Below, piece after piece: positions 26,298-32,000 of a DNA stretch of 32,000 nucleotides (within the stretch, counting starts at the first letter, position 1; the number at the start of each line of letters is the position of its first letter). Location of the stretch: contig NC_000909.1 of assembly GCF_000091665.1 (NCBI RefSeq), forward strand, positions 242,871-274,870, given 5' to 3'. The notes beneath the pieces were generated by a model, which saw only the letters and a program-made list of their open reading frames with translations, did no database searches and was not told the DNA's origin. The stretch is from Methanocaldococcus jannaschii DSM 2661 (GTDB lineage Archaea; AGJL01; Methanococci; Methanococcales; Methanocaldococcaceae). The position numbers and the translations under genes were made by a program.

Positions 26298-26957
26298 TTA
26301 TAGAAAATTAAAAACTGTTTCGAACCCTAATTTCTCTATTCTAAAAATCACTACAGGAATCTCCACAACCTTTTTTTTATGAAACTCGTATATTGCAGGA
26401 ATTCTAAAAAATGCCTCATAGATGTGAGTTATTTTTCCCCCTTTATCTTCAACATACTTAATAACAAAATCCTTTGTTGGATAATTGTGAATAGTATAAA
26501 TAATATCCCCAATCTCTAACGCCTTATCTAAAAATACTCTATCAGCATGTTTTTTCTGGGCTCCAAATGGAGGATTTTGAATAACTACTCTCTTTAAATC
26601 CCTATCTTCACCAAGCACATTATTTAAAAATTCATCATCAACATCTCTAATGTCCATGCAATAAAAATCTACATCAACATTTAGCTTTTTAGCGTTCTCT
26701 TTAGCTGCTTCAATACTCTCCCTATCGATATCTATACCAATAGCCCTCTTAGCTCCTAAAATTTTGCTACCTATAGCTAATCTTCCAGTTCCACAACCTA
26801 AATCGATAACAACATTGTTATAAAAATCATTCACAGCAAAAAATAAAATATCAGCTGCTAATTTTCCGTCTATTGTATATTGCTCTAAATCAGCTTTTGG
26901 ATTTGGATGTCTTTTTAAAGAATCTAACATCATTTCTAAATGCTTTTTCTTTATCAT
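26298..26957 (-). CDS. Class I SAM-dependent methyltransferase with NPPF motif (COG2263/METTL5-like putative RNA methylase)
   Basis: VIDLGCGTGRLA (SAM motif I) and VIQNPPFG (motif IV of amino-group methyltransferases). The substrate is inferred only. Confidence 0.75.
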   Translation of the reverse strand: MIKKKHLEMMLDSLKRHPNPKADLEQYTIDGKLAADILFFAVNDFYNNVVIDLGCGTGRLAIGSKILGAKRAIGIDIDRESIEAAKENAKKLNVDVDFYCMDIRDVDDEFLNNVLGEDRDLKRVVIQNPPFGAQKKHADRVFLDKALEIGDIIYTIHNYPTKDFVIKYVEDKGGKITHIYEAFFRIPAIYEFHKKKVVEIPVVIFRIEKLGFETVFNFL

Positions 26958-27025
26958 CTCTTCACCATCTAAATATGTAATTATATAGATGTTATTTAGT
27001 ATAAAAATAAAGAAAATTAGCCAAT

Positions 27026-27469
27026 TTATTCAATGTTGATTCCTTTCTTAATTGAGGATTCTGCCTTTGGTAATATAACTGATAAAACACCATTTTCAAA
27101 CTTAGCTGAGGCATTTTCTTCCTTAACAGTTGCAGGAAGTTTTATTGTTCTATATATTTCTTCCTCTTCTGGAATTTCTGAGTAGATAATTCTTTCACTC
27201 TCAGTTATCATTAATGGGCTTCTCTTAGCTCTAATCTCTAATGTATCTCCAACTGCATTTAAAATTATGTCCTCTTTATTAACCCCTGGCAACCATGCAA
27301 TAACTTTTATATGCTGGTCTCCTTCAATAATTGAGATTGGCATGAACCCTTTTCCAGAAATTTGTATTCCTGTTGAGCTTTGAATCATTGTGGTTCCTGT
27401 CATTGGTGTTGCAAAAAACTCTTTAAACATTCTTTCAAATAATGAATCAAATGGGTCTCTTCCGAACAT
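27026..27469 (-). CDS. Small heat shock protein Hsp16.5 (alpha-crystallin family)
   Basis: The sequence [25 protein letters not shown]...[21 protein letters not shown] is the structurally characterised M. jannaschii Hsp16.5 (MJ0285) as I remember it. Confidence 0.95.
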
Positions 27470-27522
27470 TTGCCCCCACCTCTCTTTTTTGGTTTTCTAT
27501 ATATGTAATGTTTTTGAAGTTC

Positions 27523-27530
27523 TATATAAA
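27523..27530 (-). promoter_or_regulatory. TATA box of hsp16.5
   Basis: The minus strand reads GTTTATATAG, 54-61 nt upstream of the ATG at 27469. GAGGTGG SD precedes the ATG. Confidence 0.55.
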
Positions 27531-27622
27531 CTTTTCTATAATCTATTAATTTAAATTATGGAATACAACTGTAAATAAAAAAAACATCAAACAATATAAA
27601 AATAGGTAAATTAAAAAAGCCG

Positions 27623-27976
27623 TTATTTTTTTACAAAATTAATTTCACTAACATCCATTGAAATCCATTTAATTTCTTCTTTCACGAATTCTTTTAACAA
27701 CATTAATATTTCAATTCTATTCTCAACAGGGATATCTGTTTGATATAGGAATGAAAACAACCTGTTAATACCCTCTTTTTCTTCCTTTATTAGGGCCAAT
27801 AAATCTGACATCTGTATTTCATTTTTTTGATTTTGAGAGAGCAAGTATTTCCATCTCCAAAGTCGTAGTTTTATTAGAAAATTGAACAAATCTTCCATCA
27901 TCTCTCTTGCAAACTCATCCCCACTCAAGCATTCTTTAACGATATCAGAAAGCAAAACCGTTCCAAATTTTTTCAT
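27623..27976 (-). CDS. Hypothetical helical cytoplasmic protein (117 aa)
   Basis: ATG start. No signal peptide or TM segment. Lies 17 nt downstream of the wHTH gene. No family recognised. Confidence 0.5.
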   Translation of the reverse strand: MKKFGTVLLSDIVKECLSGDEFAREMMEDLFNFLIKLRLWRWKYLLSQNQKNEIQMSDLLALIKEEKEGINRLFSFLYQTDIPVENRIEILMLLKEFVKEEIKWISMDVSEINFVKK

Positions 27977-27993
27977 AAAAATCCCCTCACAAT

Positions 27994-28287
27994 TTAAGGC
28001 TTGGAGTTCATAATCTCAAATAGTTCATACAGCGAGGAATACAACTTTTTCCCTAACTCTGTGAGTTCAAATTTCTCTTTATTTTTCTTAATAAATCCAT
28101 TACTAATCAAAAAATCGATGTATTTGGAAAAATTTCTCCAATCTAAGTTTGCAGCATACATAATTCTTGTTTTTATTTGTTCTCCTTCCTTGATAATATG
28201 CAAAATTTCAAAAATCACTTCAAATTGAGACCTTTTATACCTTCTATTCCTATTTTTATTATTTGAGAGTGGAGGGGGAATCCTCAT
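27994..28287 (-). CDS. Small winged-helix DNA-binding protein (archaeal HTH_45/ArnR-like pattern)
   Basis: EILHIIKEGEQIKTRIMYAANLDWRNFSKYIDFLISNGFIKKNKEKFELTELGKKL. It is paralogous to the C-terminal domain of the protein at 30245-30880. Confidence 0.7.
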   Translation of the reverse strand: MRIPPPLSNNKNRNRRYKRSQFEVIFEILHIIKEGEQIKTRIMYAANLDWRNFSKYIDFLISNGFIKKNKEKFELTELGKKLYSSLYELFEIMNSKP

Positions 28288-28345
28288 ACTACCACTTTAA
28301 AACATTTTTATTTTATTTTTATTTAAATGTTTAAATGAAGTTTAA

Positions 28346-28882
28346 TTAGAGATGTCTCCTAATCAACATAGCACCTAATCCCAAGATGCTGATGATTAAA
28401 ACTGCAGTAATTACCAATTCTTTTGTATGAATCTCATTACCAACTACCATTATCGCAACTTTTGTAGGCAAAACTACACTCGCTTTTAGATTCACGCCTT
28501 TTTTATCATCTCCATAATCTACTGGACTAATTTTCGTTAAAATATCTCCTTCATAGTTGTCCTTTTCCTTTACAGTAAATGTGATATTAACCCCAACAGT
28601 TTCTCCTGGTTTTAATGTAAAGTTATTCTTCATAATTTTGACTTCTACTTTTTTAGAATTATTTAAATCTCCAGTTGTAACCATTTCCACTTTAACTGGG
28701 AAACTATTGGGATTTTTTACATAAATAATGCTATTTATATCTTGAGGAAGCCCATTGCTTGCATTCACCATGATATCAATTTTTGGTGGAGTTATTGCCC
28801 CACTTAAACCACTAACCTGTGAAATGGCCATAATGACAAATATGACAGATAATAAACCAAAAATTGCAGAGAATTTTTTCAT
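28346..28882 (-). CDS. Secreted single-domain beta-rich (Ig-like-looking) protein with C-terminal TM anchor
   Basis: Signal peptide MKKFSAIFGLLSVIFVIMAISQVSG. Body NPNSFPVKVEM...FTLKPGETVGVNITFTVKEKDNYEGDI. C-terminal LVITAVLIISILGLGAMLIRRHL. AAGGTGAT SD upstream. Confidence 0.6.
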   Translation of the reverse strand: MKKFSAIFGLLSVIFVIMAISQVSGLSGAITPPKIDIMVNASNGLPQDINSIIYVKNPNSFPVKVEMVTTGDLNNSKKVEVKIMKNNFTLKPGETVGVNITFTVKEKDNYEGDILTKISPVDYGDDKKGVNLKASVVLPTKVAIMVVGNEIHTKELVITAVLIISILGLGAMLIRRHL

Positions 28883-28924
28883 AAGTAATCACCTTACTAT
28901 CAAAAAATTAAAAAGTTGGGGGAT

Positions 28925-29932
28925 TTATAATCCAAGTCCATAGAATGTAATTGAACCTCCATAGCAACCGCTTGGTAATGGTGTTGGAACATCGAGTGTG
29001 AAATTAACTTCTAAAGCATTTGTATGGCATGGTTTGAGTGGTTGCCATAATAGAACTTTGACATTGTTTTGGAGGTGAGTATTGTAGCTCTGTGTCATAT
29101 TGTTTGCTTTTATAACATGTGCTTTGATATTCTCTGCTGGAATTATTCCAGTTCCTCCTGCCTGTGTCATTGAGGTTGCTGAAACGAATACTGCTATCTT
29201 AGTTCCTACTCCATCTGGGTCAATATTGTGGATTGTTACAACATTCTCAGTTGCTGGGACATTAGTATCTCCTGGATTTACATTACCGAAGCTTAATCCT
29301 GTGAATGGAGCAGGATATGCATCGTTATCTTTTGTAACGTTTATTCCAATCATTGGGTTCAAGAATATCTTACCTTTCTTGATGTATCCTGTGCATGCAC
29401 CATGTTTGTCTGTTGCTTTAACATAGACATCGAAGCATCCGTATGCGCCTGCAGGGACTGTCCATTGTGCGTAGAATGTTAAGGTTGTTAAATCAGCATC
29501 TCCACTTGTTGATGTGTCAAATCCTGCATGGATTACATATGTTGGATTTGAAGGAGATTGTCCTTGTGGAACTAATAAGAAATCTACTCCAGCTCCATTT
29601 GTTTGTAAATCTTGCTCCCCGTTAGGGTCGCTAACATTTACATAGAAGGTTACTCCTTCTCCAGTATAGGCATAAGCCTCTAAAGCGTCACTTCTTAAAA
29701 GACCAGGAGTTACTCCAGTTGTATTCTTATATTCATATACTTTTATTCCTTGAACTGTTCTTATTACCATTTCGTAACTGCTACAATTAACTACAGGCTT
29801 AAGGTTGTCTACAGTTGCAGTTGTGTGTCCTGTTCCATAAGTTGTTGAAATAGCAAATGTGGAACCCATTACTGCAACTCCCATGATTATTGAGAGTAGC
29901 AGCGATAATATATACCTCGTAGAATTTTTCAT
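28925..29932 (-). CDS. Secreted beta-rich protein of unknown family (335 aa), probably abundant surface/structural protein
   Basis: Start set to ATG 29932 after GAGGTG; the track start is GTG 29941. Sec-type signal MKNSTRYILSLLLSIIMGVAVMGSTFA. T/G/N/V/A-rich and K/E-poor, with 6 Cys. The coding DNA is visibly less AT-rich than its neighbours. Confidence 0.6.
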   Translation of the reverse strand: MKNSTRYILSLLLSIIMGVAVMGSTFAISTTYGTGHTTATVDNLKPVVNCSSYEMVIRTVQGIKVYEYKNTTGVTPGLLRSDALEAYAYTGEGVTFYVNVSDPNGEQDLQTNGAGVDFLLVPQGQSPSNPTYVIHAGFDTSTSGDADLTTLTFYAQWTVPAGAYGCFDVYVKATDKHGACTGYIKKGKIFLNPMIGINVTKDNDAYPAPFTGLSFGNVNPGDTNVPATENVVTIHNIDPDGVGTKIAVFVSATSMTQAGGTGIIPAENIKAHVIKANNMTQSYNTHLQNNVKVLLWQPLKPCHTNALEVNFTLDVPTPLPSGCYGGSITFYGLGL

Positions 29933-30244
29933 TTCAAACACCTCATAAATTTCTTAAATTTTATTAGCAAGGAAAACCTCCCCCAATTATTGAGAGTATT
30001 AAATAAATCAACCAATGTATAATGCTACCATCTACTACCATTTGACATCACCCAGCAGTTTTAGACTTCAATTTTTGTAATACTTGACTTACCCTCATTA
30101 TCACCTCCCCCACATCTTCTGATTATACTATATTGTGTATTTTGTTAATATGATTTATGAATGTAAAGCATGTGGAAAAAACAGATGTGTTAATCCATTT
30201 AGTTTTTAAATTTTTTATGAAAAGTAAAAAAGAAAATAAGGCAA

Positions 30245-30880
30245 TTATTTATCTGGATAAATTAATCTAAAAACTTCTTCAATTTTCTCCAATAATAACT
30301 CACCCTTAGGTGTTAATGTATAAACCCCATCTGTTTTTCTGATAAATTCATTATCTAACAAGTATCCTATATAATTACGAAATGTTTTCCAATCTAAATT
30401 TGCAGCATACATTATTTTTGTCTTTTTTAATTCCTTGTTCTTTACAGCCTTTAAGATTTCAAATATTATCATTATTTTGTCTCGCTTTACACTTGGTAAA
30501 GTACTTTTATCTTTATCATCCTCACAATCTTTTATATCTTTTCCAATATATTTTAATATTATCCTTTTCAATAAGTCCTCCTGATACACTTCAGGAATTT
30601 CTTTTAGAATTAAAAGGGCATTTAAAATAGCATCTTTGTCATTTTCTAAAAGTACCTCTTCTAAATGTTTAATTAGTTGAGTAATTTGGACTTTTCCTTT
30701 TAGATATAAATTTCCTAAAATAGCTAAACAAGTTATTTTTAATTGAATATCATCAGATTTTAAAAAACCATAAATTTCCTCTAACAATAATGTATCTTCT
30801 TCAATCAGTTGTAAAACATCATTTATTTTACCATTTTTAATTAACTCTTTAATTTCTCCTTGTTTTGAAATACATTTCAT
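30245..30880 (-). CDS. Two-domain regulator: N-terminal helical-repeat domain plus C-terminal winged helix
   Basis: C-terminal IFEILKAVKNKELKKTKIMYAANLDWKTFRNYIGYLLDNEFIRKTDGVYTLTPKGELL parallels the 97-aa wHTH protein. The N-terminal ~135 aa look HEAT/ARM-like and helical. Confidence 0.65.
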   Translation of the reverse strand: MKCISKQGEIKELIKNGKINDVLQLIEEDTLLLEEIYGFLKSDDIQLKITCLAILGNLYLKGKVQITQLIKHLEEVLLENDKDAILNALLILKEIPEVYQEDLLKRIILKYIGKDIKDCEDDKDKSTLPSVKRDKIMIIFEILKAVKNKELKKTKIMYAANLDWKTFRNYIGYLLDNEFIRKTDGVYTLTPKGELLLEKIEEVFRLIYPDK

Positions 30881-31017
30881 AGTTTCACCCCAAAACGACC
30901 CGCAAACAGAACAGAGATTACATATAAATATTGTTCGTAATTTTATTATATTAAAATTACTTTAACAATGCTTTATTCAAATTTAATATTTATATATCGG
31001 CATAGGAGGGATTACAA

Positions 31018-32000
31018 ATGTTTGGAAAATTAAAAGAAAAACTCTTAGAAACTGCATCAAAGATTACTGAAAAAATATACAGCAAAGGAGAAGCTGAAGA
31101 AGTTAAAGAAGAAAAAGAGGAAAAATCAAAAATATCCTTCACAAGTTTATTTAAAAAAGAACCTAAAAAAGAAGAAGTAAAAAAAGAAAAAGCAGAAGAA
31201 GAAATTAAAAAATCTGAAATTGTAAAAACAGAACCTTCTGAAAAAGTAGAAGAAGCTAAAGAGGAAATTAAAGAAATTAAAGAAGAAAAAGAGGAGAAAA
31301 AAATAACGTTCTTTGATAGATTTGGCTTAACAAGAGCTATTAAGAAAGTTCTTAAAAAAGAAGTTGTTATCTTAGAGGAAGATATAGAAGATGTCTTAGA
31401 AGAGTTAGAAATAGCACTCTTAGAGGCAGATGTTGCATTAGAAGTTGTTGAAAAGCTAATTGAAAATATTAAAAATGAATTAGTTGGAAGAAAAATCTCT
31501 CCAGATGATAACGTAGAAGAGATTACAATAAACGCAGTAAAAAATGCTATAAAAAATATATTATCCCAAGAAAAAATTGATATTGAAGAAATAATCAAAA
31601 AGAATAAAGCAGAAGGAAAACCAACAGTCATCGTATTTGTTGGAATCAATGGAACTGGAAAAACTACAACTATAGCTAAATTAGCATATAAATTAAAGCA
31701 GAAAGGTTATAGCGTAGTTTTAGCCGCTGGAGACACTTTCAGAGCTGGAGCTATTGAGCAATTAGAACAGCATGCTAAAAACGTTGGAGTTAAGGTTATT
31801 AAGCATAAGCCGGGAGCTGATTCTGCGGCAGTTATCTATGATGCTATACAACATGCAAAAGCAAGAGGAATTGATGTTGTTTTGGCTGATACAGCAGGAA
31901 GACAGGCAACAAATGTTAATTTAATGGAAGAGATTAAAAAAGTGGTTAGAGTCACAAAACCAGATTTGGTTATATTCGTTGGAGATGCTTTAACTGGAAA
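31018..32000 (+). CDS. ftsY: Signal recognition particle receptor FtsY, 3' end outside window
   Basis: Not in the ORF track because there is no stop in the window. ATG 31018 follows AGGAGGG. A K/E-rich A-domain is followed by an NG domain with [15 protein letters not shown] and DTAGR. The frame is open to nt 32000. Confidence 0.92.

Noticed and set aside
30990-31649. 219-aa minus-strand ORF in the track (S/F/I-rich, low complexity)
   Set aside because: It is the antisense shadow of the K/E-rich A-domain of ftsY on the plus strand. The ftsY frame has clear GTPase motifs and is open to the window end. The minus-strand product is compositionally implausible.

Overview
AT-rich archaeal chromosome. 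I recognise it from memory as Methanocaldococcus jannaschii, roughly MJ0257 to MJ0291. The anchors are the Hsp16.5 sequence at 27026-27469 and the intein-containing aIF5B/infB at 4371-7838; I ran no database search. Most of the window is housekeeping: taw1 (5' partial), a Mur-ligase-like gene, signal peptidase I, a YjjX-type NTPase, infB with a 546-codon LAGLIDADG intein, a TPR protein, and the six-gene pyruvate:ferredoxin oxidoreductase operon porCDABEF. It also holds a radical SAM/TRAM protein, a textbook C/D box sRNA, korA, ilvB, an FKBP PPIase, DGGGP synthase, NAC, archaemetzincin, an Mrp/NBP35 ATPase, an NPPF methyltransferase, hsp16.5 and ftsY (3' partial; absent from the ORF track). Two stretches look accessory. 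(1) 13.1-15.9 kb holds small membrane proteins plus an XRE regulator, and at least two, possibly three, frame-disrupted genes. (2) 27.6-30.9 kb is a five-gene minus-strand module I cannot assign to any family. It has two paralogous winged-helix regulators, a compositionally distinct 335-aa secreted beta-rich protein behind a ~300-nt leader with two mini-ORFs, a membrane-anchored Ig-like-looking partner and a small helical protein. This module is my best candidate for an undescribed system, possibly a non-type-IV cell-surface structure; that reading is inference only. Other points worth a second look are an in-frame, synonymously diverged duplicate of the taw1 3' end flanking a hairpin element, two further palindromic intergenic elements, and a candidate operator for the XRE operon. 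All coordinates were hand-derived and cross-checked against ORF-track start and stop positions. No GC content, folding energies or homology searches were computed.
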